Counted from the first letter of the stretch, positions 21,308-32,315 are shown. The stretch: DNA of 64,000 nucleotides from Candidatus Bathyarchaeota archaeon (GCA_963717465.1 OY970340.1:1344001-1408000), one strand, 5' to 3'. Numbers and translations are program-made. The notes: a model not told the origin generated them from the letters alone.

Positions 21308-22096
21308 ATGCCGGAAAAAAAGGAAAATGTTGATGTAGGCTTCGAAGACAAGAAGGAAATAATGGATAACTCGGTTAACATAGAAGTTGACTTGGAGAAC
21401 TATACGAAATATCCTGTGGTAGATCCTAACAAGAGGTACAAGATAAAAGATGAACCTAAGGACGTACGGGGAGAGATTAAAGTAGACCCGAAAATAAATT
21501 TAAACGACTACAGCGGACCGTTCAAGCCAGATCTAAGGATGACGGATTTCACAAGAGAGGAACTCGCAAGAATGTATTTGATGGTCCATGAATATTTTTT
21601 ATTGTGCATTGAAGCTTGGGGAAAAGAGGTTGCAGTAAGATACGGTCTTGATGCAATGTTGGAAATCCAAAATTCCATTTGGGGCGCTGGGGTGCTTGAA
21701 GAAACAAAAAATATAAAAAGGAACTGGATGAAAATCCAAGGACATAATGTTGAAGCATTCATGAAGGATATTCAAGTTGATAATACAGGAATGTATGGTA
21801 AGTACTTTGAATGTTCCTTTGAATATGATCCGAAAGAAGATGTTGGCACACTGACTTATATGAAATGCAAAGCAGCCACTCAGTGGGAAGAACTTGGACG
21901 ACCAGATATTTTGGAGAAGACGTGTCATATGATCTGTCCGCCCTCTCTGATTGAGACTGCAAAATATTACAATCCTAATATGAAGATTGAAGTTCTAGCG
22001 ATACCTCCTCGAAAAAGCAAAGATGATGTTTGCTGCAAGTTTAGACTTAGCATGAGGAAGCCATCAGACCCTGATTACGTTAAAGTGGACTATTGA
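21308..22096 (+). CDS. DUF6125/ATC-hydrolase-like Cys-containing protein
   Basis: DYSGPFKPDL, KC...WE, C...CP, NPNMK...IPPR...CCKF. Confidence 0.65.
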   Translation: MPEKKENVDVGFEDKKEIMDNSVNIEVDLENYTKYPVVDPNKRYKIKDEPKDVRGEIKVDPKINLNDYSGPFKPDLRMTDFTREELARMYLMVHEYFLLCIEAWGKEVAVRYGLDAMLEIQNSIWGAGVLEETKNIKRNWMKIQGHNVEAFMKDIQVDNTGMYGKYFECSFEYDPKEDVGTLTYMKCKAATQWEELGRPDILEKTCHMICPPSLIETAKYYNPNMKIEVLAIPPRKSKDDVCCKFRLSMRKPSDPDYVKVDY

Positions 22097-22235
22097 CAGC
22101 AGGCGTTAATCTGATTAATTAGAAGCAATATTCTCTTTTTTTATTTTTCCGCTGTTGTTCAATTTGGATGATATTAAAATTTTGAATTTGATCTTCTTCT
22201 TATAGAAGAAAAATTTAAAACAATTACTGGGCACA

Positions 22236-22847
22236 ATGTTTAGTATGAATAAAATTGTGAGCAGGCAAATTACATTAAGCGGAAAAGAAAATCAAAATTC
22301 GAAGTTCACGGTTGATCTGTTGGCGCAATGTGGAAAAACCGACAGAGAGGTTGCTAAAGTCTTAGGAGTAAACAACTCTACACTGTCAAAAAGAAGAAGA
22401 AAGTTAGAGCGGGAAGGCTACATAAAAGAATATACCTTTCTGCCTGACTTCCACAAACTGGGACTTGAAGTTATCGTTTTTTCCTTCTCCTCAACTACAG
22501 AAGTAGTGCCAGAAGAAAATTCTAAATTACTTCGAGAATTGGCTCAGAACACTCCCGAAATGCTATGCCTCTTTGAAGACCATGATGCAGCAGGAACAAA
22601 CTGGTTTGCCATAACTGTGCATAAAAGCTACGATGACTTTGTAGAACTATCTAAAAAAATTCAAAATGAATTAATTAACTTGCCTCGTTTACCGCATATA
22701 GAATCGAAACGTCTCGTATTCCATACGAACAAACTTGGTCCAAAACCATTCTCACTGCGAAACATGGAAGCACTATTTCAACCTACACAACCCATAACTT
22801 CATCAAAGAAGAGAAAGCATAATACGGAAAAGCCTACTGTTTTCTAA
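22236..22847 (+). CDS. Lrp/AsnC-type winged-helix regulator
   Basis: TDREVAKVLGV..STLSKRRRKLEREGYIKEY..PDFHKLG. Confidence 0.85.
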   Translation: MFSMNKIVSRQITLSGKENQNSKFTVDLLAQCGKTDREVAKVLGVNNSTLSKRRRKLEREGYIKEYTFLPDFHKLGLEVIVFSFSSTTEVVPEENSKLLRELAQNTPEMLCLFEDHDAAGTNWFAITVHKSYDDFVELSKKIQNELINLPRLPHIESKRLVFHTNKLGPKPFSLRNMEALFQPTQPITSSKKRKHNTEKPTVF

Positions 22848-22916
22848 ATAAGCAGCAGCATCAATTAATCCAAAAGAGCATTGGGAAAACGTTTTTTTGG
22901 ATACTATTTGCCAGCG

Positions 22917-23543
22917 TTATGATGGAAGCCAGGCTTTCACTATATCTCCACCTTGAGGAGCCGTGGCGCCATAAGCGTCTGCTCCGATCTCCTCTGCAAA
23001 TTTCTGTGAAACCGGAGCGCCTCCAATAATCACCTTTACCTTGTTTCTTAACTTTGCCTTTTTCAGCGATTCCATAACATCACGCATGCCAAGCATTGTC
23101 GTGGTTAACAAGGCAGACATGGCCAGCACGTCAGCTGAATTTTCTTTAACTGCCTGAACAAACCTTTCAGCGGAGACATCGCTACCAACGTCGATAACTT
23201 TAAAGCCGCTGCTTTCTAAGAGAAATCCAACTAGGTTTTTACCGATATCATGTACGTCGCCGTGAACGGTACCTAAAACTATAACGCCTGATTTCTGGGT
23301 AACTGGACCAGTTAAATGTGGTTTTAATATAGCCATTCCAGCTTTGAATGTGTCGCCAGCCACTGCTAGCTCTGGCACGAAGTAGTTACCTGCTTCAAAC
23401 TGTTTACCTGCCTCCTCGAGACCCGCCATCATAGCCTTGAGACAATCCTCTGATTTTGTGCCGTCTTTAAGTTGCTGATTAATCAGGTCCTCGATATCGT
23501 ATATTTCACCCTTAAGAATTGCATCAAAAATAACTTGTATCAA
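22917..23543 (-). CDS. Corrinoid protein (MtbC/MttC-like)
   Basis: YFVPEL, GTVHGDVHDIGKNLV, SALLTTT, IIGGAP. Confidence 0.95.
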   Translation of the reverse strand: MIQVIFDAILKGEIYDIEDLINQQLKDGTKSEDCLKAMMAGLEEAGKQFEAGNYFVPELAVAGDTFKAGMAILKPHLTGPVTQKSGVIVLGTVHGDVHDIGKNLVGFLLESSGFKVIDVGSDVSAERFVQAVKENSADVLAMSALLTTTMLGMRDVMESLKKAKLRNKVKVIIGGAPVSQKFAEEIGADAYGATAPQGGDIVKAWLPS

Positions 23544-23545
23544 AT

Positions 23546-24742
23546 TTAGTATCTCCCGTATTTTTTAACAGTGCTGAATATAATGTTTAATTTATTTAAG
23601 TCCGTTCCCGGTGGTACCGATCCACAAGCGAGACTAACGCGGACTCGCATGCTGGTAGCCATCTGGCATATTCGCTTAACTACATCCTCCAATTCTGCTG
23701 GAGTTGAATCTCTGAGAAACTTTCCTTGAATCATGTACGAGTAGGTCTTCCCATATTTTTTAGCCATTTTAAATATAATCTCATCATATTCAGGCAGGGA
23801 AACGCCTTGAGGAGTCGTTGGGAAAATATAGTTGGTAAAAGCAAGAGAACCAAGCTTTTTAAGCGTAGGATTAGCCATGAGCTTTTCAAGCTTTTGTGGG
23901 GATGAAACCATGTATGATATACTCACTTTGTTATCCAAAGCTTTGGCTGCTTTTTGTTCATATGGCAGTACATATTTTATATAATCGTCCATGCTGAGAA
24001 CTGGTTCCGCTGCGAACTGATCAACCATCGCAGCTCCAAGCAAGTTAACACCATATTCTTTTGCCATTTTATAGTTTTGAATTACAATCTGCGTAGTTTT
24101 TTCCATAATCGCTGGCCATAAATCAGGGTTTCCGTAAGCTCTAATTTTTTTTCTGCGTTCTTCATCCTTTGATTCTACATAGTCTTTGTAAAGGCGAAAA
24201 TCTCTGGGTAAATGCTGGTCTCCCCTAAGTAACATTGCCGTGTCCCAAGGGCCATCATTAACGTAGAAGAAGAAACTGTTTGGAAAGAGTTGCGGACCTT
24301 TCTTGTACATCTCTAAATATGCCTTGAAATACCCACTTGGCGTCGAAGGTGGAACTATTTTTTGGGCGTCTTCAATGCTACCTATTGGATGTTTTGAAGC
24401 ATAAGGAACTCTGTCATCAGTTATCGTGAATTCCACTCCCATCTCGGCAGTCCCGGTTAGTGTTAGCCCTAGCCACCATGGCACCATTGCTACGTCAAAT
24501 GGGTACTTTTCATTTATTTTACCAAATAGCTCTAATTGTAAATCTGTGCTTTTAGCTAAACTTGTGTAATTGTATTTTGAATCTACAAGGTATGGCTCGA
24601 GATTTCCAGCCGCTATTGAAACAGGCACTTGGTCGGGTATTGTCATTTGTGAAAGCATGAAACGTTCAGCACCAGTTAAAGTTCCTATCCTAAGTTTTCG
24701 CTTAATCATTGCTTTCAATATTGTAACCAAGAGGTTTGCCAT
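23546..24742 (-). CDS. UroD/MtaA-like methyltransferase-family protein
   Basis: GPWDTAMLLRG, YVLPY, GSVPPGT..K; coupled to the corrinoid gene. Confidence 0.8.
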   Translation of the reverse strand: MANLLVTILKAMIKRKLRIGTLTGAERFMLSQMTIPDQVPVSIAAGNLEPYLVDSKYNYTSLAKSTDLQLELFGKINEKYPFDVAMVPWWLGLTLTGTAEMGVEFTITDDRVPYASKHPIGSIEDAQKIVPPSTPSGYFKAYLEMYKKGPQLFPNSFFFYVNDGPWDTAMLLRGDQHLPRDFRLYKDYVESKDEERRKKIRAYGNPDLWPAIMEKTTQIVIQNYKMAKEYGVNLLGAAMVDQFAAEPVLSMDDYIKYVLPYEQKAAKALDNKVSISYMVSSPQKLEKLMANPTLKKLGSLAFTNYIFPTTPQGVSLPEYDEIIFKMAKKYGKTYSYMIQGKFLRDSTPAELEDVVKRICQMATSMRVRVSLACGSVPPGTDLNKLNIIFSTVKKYGRY

Positions 24743-24821
24743 ACTCGTCTTCTCCTTATGGAGGATTCTATGAGAGGAAATTTAACTCTTTGTTTGTATG
24801 TGATGCATACTAATAATTCGC

Positions 24822-25721
24822 TTATCGTTCATTCGCTAAGTCTGACGGTGCTGGCAGGGGACAAAGTGAACTGCTTCTATCCCAAATTTTATTAAAATAG
24901 TCTTCTAAAGTCTCAGCTATTAATCTACTATTAGTCCAAAGTCCCTTAATTTCTTCGTCTCTAACAATAGTGCGCATATTCGAAAGACCGATGAGAGCTT
25001 CTTCCTTATCCCGAATAATAAAATCTGAAGGCACATTATCAGAAGTTGTATAACGTATTTCTAATCTCAAATTGTAACTCTTAGACAGCTTAAGAATTCT
25101 TGCAGTTTTTGACGTATCCAAAGATAAATTTACAATCATTCTAATTCTTATGTTGTGCTTTCTTGATGCGCATCTAATAAAGAGTTCAATATCCCTCAAA
25201 AGCTCTGTTTCATCTTGTTTCTCGCAATATAGGCATAAAAATTCCGTGTTGCTTTCATTAAGCATTCTTTGAGATCTTGAGAAAACGCGGTCATATCCCT
25301 GCATTACCGCTGCCCTCTCTTCTGAGATAAAAGATTCAGAGCTAAACGATAGCATTTCTGATAAAACATTCAGGTCAGTTATTATTTTTCTGAGTTCATT
25401 CTTTTTGATGTCTATACATAAAGTCTTTAATTTTTTTGGAGAAACTGCAAGAAATTTCTGCGGTCTCTCTAGAGTAGCTTCCACCAAGCCGTTTTTTTGC
25501 AAGTTTTTCAAGTAACCATATGTAAGGTCTCTATTAAATCTCAAATTTCTTGCTATGTCCAGTGCTTTTAGGGGTCCAGTTCTGCAAAGAAATGTATAAA
25601 TGTTCCATTCTCGCTGCGTAAGCCCTAATGAAGTGAACACTCTCTGCTCAGCTTCATTATCACTCGTTGCATCTTTCCTCAAATATGTAGCCAACTTATT
25701 ACCCCCCCTCAATGTAATCAA
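24822..25721 (-). CDS. TrmB family transcriptional regulator
   Basis: LGLTQREWNIY..TGPLKA..LKNLQKNGLVE..RPQKF; close paralog of 28131-29021. Confidence 0.9.
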   Translation of the reverse strand: MITLRGGNKLATYLRKDATSDNEAEQRVFTSLGLTQREWNIYTFLCRTGPLKALDIARNLRFNRDLTYGYLKNLQKNGLVEATLERPQKFLAVSPKKLKTLCIDIKKNELRKIITDLNVLSEMLSFSSESFISEERAAVMQGYDRVFSRSQRMLNESNTEFLCLYCEKQDETELLRDIELFIRCASRKHNIRIRMIVNLSLDTSKTARILKLSKSYNLRLEIRYTTSDNVPSDFIIRDKEEALIGLSNMRTIVRDEEIKGLWTNSRLIAETLEDYFNKIWDRSSSLCPLPAPSDLANER

Positions 25722-25921
25722 GCTTTTTTCAAAATTATTTATAGCTTTTCGTTTTTTGCATATAGGATTAAAACACGCGCTTGTTCATTAAAAAGGTTAA
25801 AACACACTGCTAAATTTAGTCACGGTCAACCGCCATGCTGTTTGACTATCTAATAAGCACTGTAAACTTTGAATTCCACAACAAATAATGCACGCTTAAG
25901 ATAGAATTTAACCGATGCCTT

Positions 25922-27868
25922 TTATTCGAGACCCTGCTCCCAAGGTTCTTTATAATTCTCAGCAGTTTTTTCCATTATTTTAGGCACCATTTTTTGCTCT
26001 ATCTTATCTATGTCCTCGGGAGATTTTGGCTCCTCAGATTCCGGAGTTTCTGATGGTTTTGCAGCCATTAAGTAATCGATTCTTAAGATTAATTCAGCAG
26101 TTTCAAAAGCAGAATTTATCGCTTGCAGTTTAACTCGAATAGGATCACAAACGCCCTGTCTCTCCATGTCACCTGCTTCTTTTCGTGCTGAATTTATCCC
26201 AATCTTTTTCTCGCCTTTTGCATGACTTAATTTTAGCATTGGTAGCGTATCTAGCAGATTCATACCAGCGTTTTTACATAGAACAGCGCAGATGTCTTCA
26301 AATGCTTGAGCAAAAGCGTTAACGGCTAACTGTTCTTTTGTTTTGATTTGGTTGGCGTATGCTTTTAGTTGAGAGGCGATTTCAATTTCAAAAGCGCCGC
26401 CCCCGTAAACGATGCGTGGGTCTTTGTAAAATTCTCTTATAGCGGACAAGCCATCATTTATCCCGCGATATGCTTCATCAACAAATAGTTTTGAGCCGCC
26501 GCGCAAGATTATTGTTGAAGCCAAAGAATCCTCTTTTCCTGTAAAGAACGCGTAGGTTTTTTCGTACAGTTTTTGGGTTAATATTAGTTTGCTTGATCCA
26601 AAGAACTTGGGAGTTAATTCATCTATGTTATCAGTAAGAATGCCCCCAGTGACTTTTTGTATTTTCGTTAAGTCAGGCATGAGAACCCTTTTGAATGCTG
26701 AAATGCCTTTGTTTGAGAAGTATTCCAAAGCTGCATCGTCGATATTCCAATTTGAAATAATTACGTTAGCTCCTGAAGAAGCAATTTTTAGGGCCATTTC
26801 TTGAGCTATTTCTTTCTTCTTTTCTGAAAAACCATCGATATGCTCTTTCTTAGTTACGTCTATTTTTATGAGATTTTCGTATTTTGATAGTTGACCCATG
26901 GAAAAGGCTTCTATTGGTCTTGTGATAAAGGTGATCTTTGCATTTTCAACTCGTTCTGGCATTCCAAAGCGGCTCATCGGAAACTCTATAACCCAACCAT
27001 TAAACACGTAACTCTCAGACAGCAGTCCGTTTTCTATTTTTTCAACTTTAATGTTTGATAAGTCAAGCTTTCTGCCATTTTCTTCTTTTTCAGAGGCTGT
27101 TTGAGTAGCTTTTGCTACCAGATCGGTTATGTGCTTTATAGACTTCTGAGCTATTTTATTACTCATAGCCGTTGAGGCAATTTTTCTAATGGATGCGTTA
27201 TCGTAAGGATCAATTGAGACCGCAAGACTATTTGCTATTTCCACCGTTTTCGCCCACGCTTTTTGATAACCATCAATTATTGTTCTCGGATGCAGGCCCT
27301 CACCGATTAGTTTTTGCGCTTTCTGCATAAGTTTGCCGATGAGGATGATTGTTGTTTTTACTCCGTCGCCTACTTCTGTATCAACTGTTTTTGCGGTTTC
27401 AGTTATTATTTTGCCGATTGGATTTTTCAAGTTGGCTCCATAGATTATTGTGTATCCATCACTTGTTATGTCATTTAAGTTTGGAGCCCAACCTAATTCA
27501 TCTTGGATAACAGTCATTAACTTCTTTGATCCTTTGGGTCCAAATTCTGCCTCAAACATTTCGCCTATAACAGATGATAATCCAATGTAGACATCTCGAA
27601 CCTGCTTAGCATTTAAAGGGGATGTATTGCTAATCTGGCTCTTAGGCGTAAACGAATCTTCTCTAGTATGAAAGTTCTTTCTGTGACTGTTACTCACTGC
27701 GAATGCATCTCTATTCTTTACAATGAAGCAGTAGCTTTGATAGCTATATTCTTTAGTCTTTCTCTCATGAAATGAACATGGTTTATTGCTTAAAGCTGCA
27801 AGAAATTTCATATTTGTCATCGGGGCGGGCGTGAAGCTACGTTTTAAATTTTTTTGCTTCGCGTACAA
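25922..27868 (-). CDS. Divergent thermosome subunit (true start probably downstream of 27868)
   Basis: FGPKG, ITSDGYTI, EVGDGVKT, VYGGGAFE, DPIRVK, ILRID. Confidence 0.88.
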   Translation of the reverse strand: MYAKQKNLKRSFTPAPMTNMKFLAALSNKPCSFHERKTKEYSYQSYCFIVKNRDAFAVSNSHRKNFHTREDSFTPKSQISNTSPLNAKQVRDVYIGLSSVIGEMFEAEFGPKGSKKLMTVIQDELGWAPNLNDITSDGYTIIYGANLKNPIGKIITETAKTVDTEVGDGVKTTIILIGKLMQKAQKLIGEGLHPRTIIDGYQKAWAKTVEIANSLAVSIDPYDNASIRKIASTAMSNKIAQKSIKHITDLVAKATQTASEKEENGRKLDLSNIKVEKIENGLLSESYVFNGWVIEFPMSRFGMPERVENAKITFITRPIEAFSMGQLSKYENLIKIDVTKKEHIDGFSEKKKEIAQEMALKIASSGANVIISNWNIDDAALEYFSNKGISAFKRVLMPDLTKIQKVTGGILTDNIDELTPKFFGSSKLILTQKLYEKTYAFFTGKEDSLASTIILRGGSKLFVDEAYRGINDGLSAIREFYKDPRIVYGGGAFEIEIASQLKAYANQIKTKEQLAVNAFAQAFEDICAVLCKNAGMNLLDTLPMLKLSHAKGEKKIGINSARKEAGDMERQGVCDPIRVKLQAINSAFETAELILRIDYLMAAKPSETPESEEPKSPEDIDKIEQKMVPKIMEKTAENYKEPWEQGLE

Positions 27869-28130
27869 TTTTTCTCTTTTTCTTAGAAAGCATTATTACT
27901 TTAAATATTAGTCAAAAGTATTCGTTCCTAACTTTTTTTCGCAAAAACAGAGTCTTTAATTTTTTTTCGATGTAGCTTTTCAAAATTATTAGTTTAGTAG
28001 TTAGTCTCTTAGTGTACTCCCCTATCCGTATAAATTATTCTCACTATACTCTTTTAAAGAAAAAGTGCACATCTAAAAAGCAAGTTGTTAGGGAACTTAA
28101 GAGGTTGAGGCTGCGTTAGGAGGCAGAGGT

Positions 28131-29021
28131 TTGGTCCTAACTTCAAAAAAGCATGAAAAAAATGAAAATGAAGTTGAGAAAAGGGTTTTCACTTCGTTAG
28201 GAATTACTCAACAAGAATGGGAAATATACACATACCTATGTAGGACTGGACCACTAAAAGCGATCGATATAGCAAGAAATTCAGGGATTAATAGAGTATT
28301 AATTTATAGTTACTTAAAAAACTTGCAAAAAAAAGGCTTGGTCGAAGGTACAATTGGCGTTCCACAAAAATTTGTTGCTGTTCCCCCGAAAAAAATGATG
28401 AGTTACTGCATTGAAAATAAAAAAGATGAGATTCGTGAGATAGCAAAAGATAGAAAGCTAATTGCTAGCATGTTATCGTATAGCGCTGAATCTTTTATTC
28501 CAGAAGAAAGATTAGCAATAATTCAAGGTGTAAGCCGCGTTTTACCGAGAATTAAGAGAATGATTAATGAATGCAAGTCAGAGTTTTTATGGGTAGTATC
28601 CACGAGGCAAGATGAATCTTTGCAATGGGATGATGTTGAACGGTTTATTGAAATTGCTTCAGATAAATCGGATATTGCGATTAAGCTCATCGTCAACTCA
28701 TGCTTGAATACTCATCAATGCGCAAAGATTTTGGAAATATCCAAGAATTATAATTTAAAGCTTGAAATACGCCAATCATATTTTGAAAATGCTCCTAAAC
28801 CTTCACCCTTTGTTATACGCGATAGAGAGGAAGGTTTTTTCACTCTTTCCAGTATGCATACGTATATTAAAAAAGAGGAAGAAATTGGACTTTGGACTAA
28901 CAACAAATCCTTTATCGAAACGTTAGTGTTTCTTTTTGAAAAAATTTGGAACACAAGTAGCCCCGTATGTCTAAGTAAACCCACCGGCGTATTGCCACCC
29001 AAAAATTTTTACCCGCCTTAG
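28131..29021 (+). CDS. TrmB family transcriptional regulator
   Basis: LGITQQEWEIY..TGPLKA..LQKKGLVE; IRDREE, LWTNN. Confidence 0.9.
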   Translation: MVLTSKKHEKNENEVEKRVFTSLGITQQEWEIYTYLCRTGPLKAIDIARNSGINRVLIYSYLKNLQKKGLVEGTIGVPQKFVAVPPKKMMSYCIENKKDEIREIAKDRKLIASMLSYSAESFIPEERLAIIQGVSRVLPRIKRMINECKSEFLWVVSTRQDESLQWDDVERFIEIASDKSDIAIKLIVNSCLNTHQCAKILEISKNYNLKLEIRQSYFENAPKPSPFVIRDREEGFFTLSSMHTYIKKEEEIGLWTNNKSFIETLVFLFEKIWNTSSPVCLSKPTGVLPPKNFYPP

Positions 29022-29085
29022 TAGTAATTTTACTTACAATCAAAAGTATAAAAAATAGTTTTGACAAGTCTTCATAAAAAAAGGG

Positions 29086-29592
29086 TTGTTCAAAATGGCT
29101 GTAATAAAAAGTGACGAAACGTTCGGTTTTGAATTCCGCACCGACTTATACTACAGTAAAGATCATATATGGGTAAAAGTGGAATCAGATGGAAATGTTA
29201 AAGTAGGCTTCGATGACGTAGTCGCAAAAGGTTCACATGAGATTTTCATGATGAAGTTGTTGCCTCCTGGAACAGCTGCAAAAGCAAAGGGAAAAATAGG
29301 CATTATCGAATCAAGGAAATATACAGGTCCAATTGTTTCTCCAGTTGAGGGCACGGTAGTTACCGTAAACCCTGAAGTCAAGAGATTGGGTCCAATCGCT
29401 ATAGTTGATAATTCCTATGACGTAGGCTGGTTAAGCGTGATGAAACCCTCAAATTTAGAAGCAGATTTGAAAAACCTCATGACTGGTGATGCTGCTCTTG
29501 AATGGTTTAAAAAAGAAGCTGAACCGTTAAAGGACGAAATGGAACATTACAACAATGTCCAAAAAGAGAAAAACGCAGTCTATAAAGGATAA
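29086..29592 (+). CDS. gcvH: Glycine cleavage H-like lipoyl carrier protein (paralog 2)
   Basis: YYSKDHIWV, IESRKYTGPIVSPVEG. Confidence 0.88.
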   Translation: MFKMAVIKSDETFGFEFRTDLYYSKDHIWVKVESDGNVKVGFDDVVAKGSHEIFMMKLLPPGTAAKAKGKIGIIESRKYTGPIVSPVEGTVVTVNPEVKRLGPIAIVDNSYDVGWLSVMKPSNLEADLKNLMTGDAALEWFKKEAEPLKDEMEHYNNVQKEKNAVYKG

Positions 29593-29760
29593 AATAGAAA
29601 AACTCTTTTTTACCCATCAACTTAATTTTTTTCAAGAATTGCAAATAAAAATCAAGAAGATAAAGGCTGTTCAAGTTTTTATTTCTGCTAAAGGCAAAAG
29701 CTATAGTTGTTTATAAAATAAAAAAGAAGATATGACGCAAGGAAAGTATTTTAGCAATGT

Positions 29761-30153
29761 TTATTTCATTAACGCAGGGGCTATCTTGATTATACCGTCA
29801 TAACTTCCTTCAATTTTGACTGCGCCGCTTGCTGCTGCGCTTTGGCCGTCAATTTCTCCTGATAACACACCTGATAAGGTGTCTGCTGTTGTCACAAGGG
29901 AAGATACGGCTTCTTTGGCTCTTATCTTCTTCCAAGGTCCTTTTTCAACTTTTTCAACTGTGCCGTCCATTGCTATTTTAATCCACCATCCCATGTCTAT
30001 GTCCTCGAACCCGATTCTGAAAGCTTTGCCCCAGTCTTTCAACGATTCTGTGTTCTTTTTGAGTCTGCTGATAAGTTCATTAACCGAATCCTCGGCTATT
30101 TTTTCTTTATCTTCCGACATTCTTTCCACCTTAATACTTTCTCTAAAAAACAT
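29761..30153 (-). CDS. SCP2 sterol/lipid-binding domain protein (paralog 2)
   Basis: DGTVEKVEKGP, SGEIDGQSAAASGAVKIEG..KIAPALM; paralog of 13654-14019. Confidence 0.8.
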   Translation of the reverse strand: MFFRESIKVERMSEDKEKIAEDSVNELISRLKKNTESLKDWGKAFRIGFEDIDMGWWIKIAMDGTVEKVEKGPWKKIRAKEAVSSLVTTADTLSGVLSGEIDGQSAAASGAVKIEGSYDGIIKIAPALMK

Positions 30154-30247
30154 CTATTTAAAACTGAACTAATATAATTATTTACAAACAAGAGAATAAA
30201 TGTTGATTTTACATTAACTTTATAGATAGTTTCGACTAACATGAGTA

Positions 30248-30982
30248 ATGGTGAAAAGGGTTATGTCTCTTGACGAAAACACGAAAAAGGAAATTGAAGC
30301 TGCCTTCACTGAACAAAACGATATAAAATGTGCAGAACTAACGAAAAAAGCTCTTGATGCTGGTGCTGATCCAGCTGTAATTCTGGAAACTGAAATAGGA
30401 ATCGTAAAGAAACTTTGTGAAAACAGTTGGTGGACAGGCGGTGTTGAGAAGAGTGCTAAAGAAAGCGAAAAGACTCTTCTACTCTCTGACTTAATAATGA
30501 TTGGAGACTGTTTAAAGACTAGTGCCGAAATTCTTAAGCCTTCTCTAATGGGCAAAATTAGTAAAGCCGGTGGTGGACGAATAGTTACTGGAACGATTGA
30601 GGGCGATATTCACGATATAGGCAAAAACATAGTTGCCGATATCTGGACTTCGGCTGGATATCAAGTTGAAGACTTAGGTTTTGATGTGCCACCTAAAAAC
30701 TTTATAAATTCTGTAAAAGCGGGCAGATGTGACATTGTTGCCATAAGCTGCTCAATGGGTATGGCTAAGACAGGGATTTCAAAGGTCGTTACTGAACTTA
30801 AAAAAATGGGGCTACGTGAAAAAGTAAAGATCATTGATGGTGGGCAAGCATGTTATACCACAGATGTTGAAAGACTTGGAGTTGATGTGATGGGATTAGA
30901 TCAAATAGATGGTTTAAACAAAGCAAATGAATTAATGAGAATACTTAAAGAAGAAAGAGCTAAAAAAGAGGTGAAAGCATGA
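30248..30982 (+). CDS. Corrinoid (cobalamin-binding) protein
   Basis: GTIEGDIHDIG; shares LSDLIMIG, SCSMGMA, KIIDGGQA with 15900-16622. Confidence 0.92.
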   Translation: MVKRVMSLDENTKKEIEAAFTEQNDIKCAELTKKALDAGADPAVILETEIGIVKKLCENSWWTGGVEKSAKESEKTLLLSDLIMIGDCLKTSAEILKPSLMGKISKAGGGRIVTGTIEGDIHDIGKNIVADIWTSAGYQVEDLGFDVPPKNFINSVKAGRCDIVAISCSMGMAKTGISKVVTELKKMGLREKVKIIDGGQACYTTDVERLGVDVMGLDQIDGLNKANELMRILKEERAKKEVKA

Positions 30983-32241
30983 GTTTAAGAATACCTCAAG
31001 AAATAAACGGTGAATACTTTAGAACTCTTAACAATATTCCATTCACTTATCAGTGGACTGAAACTGAAGAATTCATCATTTCTAAATGCCGCGCAAGAAT
31101 CATGGAAAAGAAGAGTGAAGAGCAATTAACACCAAGACAACGAGTTTCAAGAACTCTTTACAGCAATGGACCACTTGACCGCTTATCCACTGTTATTTCC
31201 GGAGTTCACAATGCAATGCCACGAGTTTTTGATGCCTTCGGTGAAACCCCCTCAGTATTCGGTCAAAAAGACATGATTAATTATCCAAACTTGGATTTCC
31301 TTGGGACAGTGATGTGGACTGCAAAGTTCTGGATGAATGACCAAGTTGCTCCTTCAAATTTCAGTTATGCAGAAGAAGTATTTAGCAGTAAGTACAGGTT
31401 GATTGAATATGGTCCGCCATTATCCATTGAGCCTTTACTGAGAAATAAAGAAGACGCATTATTCTTCCTAGACAACATGCCTGACCCAGCACTACAAGGA
31501 ACTTACCCAGAATATTTGTGGCTGCTTAAACAGGGGCTCAAATTCTTCCCAGAATTCTACCTGTCAGGATCCGTTTGTCCCGGCACCATATCTGGCGCCA
31601 GTTTCCTTAGAGGAATAAAGAATCTCTTGGTTGACATGCGTAAAAATCCTGAAATGGCTGAACTAATACTCAAATGCTCCTCTCAATTCCTTAAGAAAAA
31701 GATGGATAGGATGATACCGATACTGGACCAAGACCTTGATGAGAATGGAAAAGGTAACTTCCTATGGTGGTGCGATGCTGCAAGCTTCTTTAATCTTGAA
31801 GAATTCAAGCGAACTTTGCCTCTCACTTATGGCTCTGATGTTCCTTATGCTGAAAAGAAAGGATTCAGATGCGGATTTGCTCCAGAAGCTCCTCTGGCCA
31901 CAATGGACGTGGTAAGTCAAGTCGCTTCTGAGCACGGTGGATGCATTGGTATCCTTGGGCATAATGAGTCTCCACCAATCGAAGAATGGTACAAGATGAC
32001 CCGGAAATATCGATAACGTAACAGCACTAGTAATTGCCGACGTTAAAACTATACTAGATGGTCCTAATGAAGCGATCAGTGAAATGTGGAAGCGACAACG
32101 AAAGATATTTCGCGGCATATCCAACACAGGGATACAGAACTCGACACTCGCTAGGCTTTCGATCCTACTACTCCACTACAAAACATGGAGTATACAGCCA
32201 AAGCATACCTTGAAACATTCAAACTTCCATTTGAAGCTTAA
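30979..32241 (+). CDS. UroD/MtaA-like protein, C-terminus frameshifted after ~32010
   Basis: LTPRQR, GPPLSIEP, MPDP, FLRG, WWCD; continuation FDPTTPLQN...FKLPFEA* ends at 32241 and matches the paralog C-terminus. Confidence 0.78.
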
Positions 32242-32315
32242 ACCTACCTTTCTTTTTTCTTTTTTCGGTACCTGTCTTTTCAAAGGTTTTTTAAGAACTT
32301 ATTTTTTAGTGAAAG

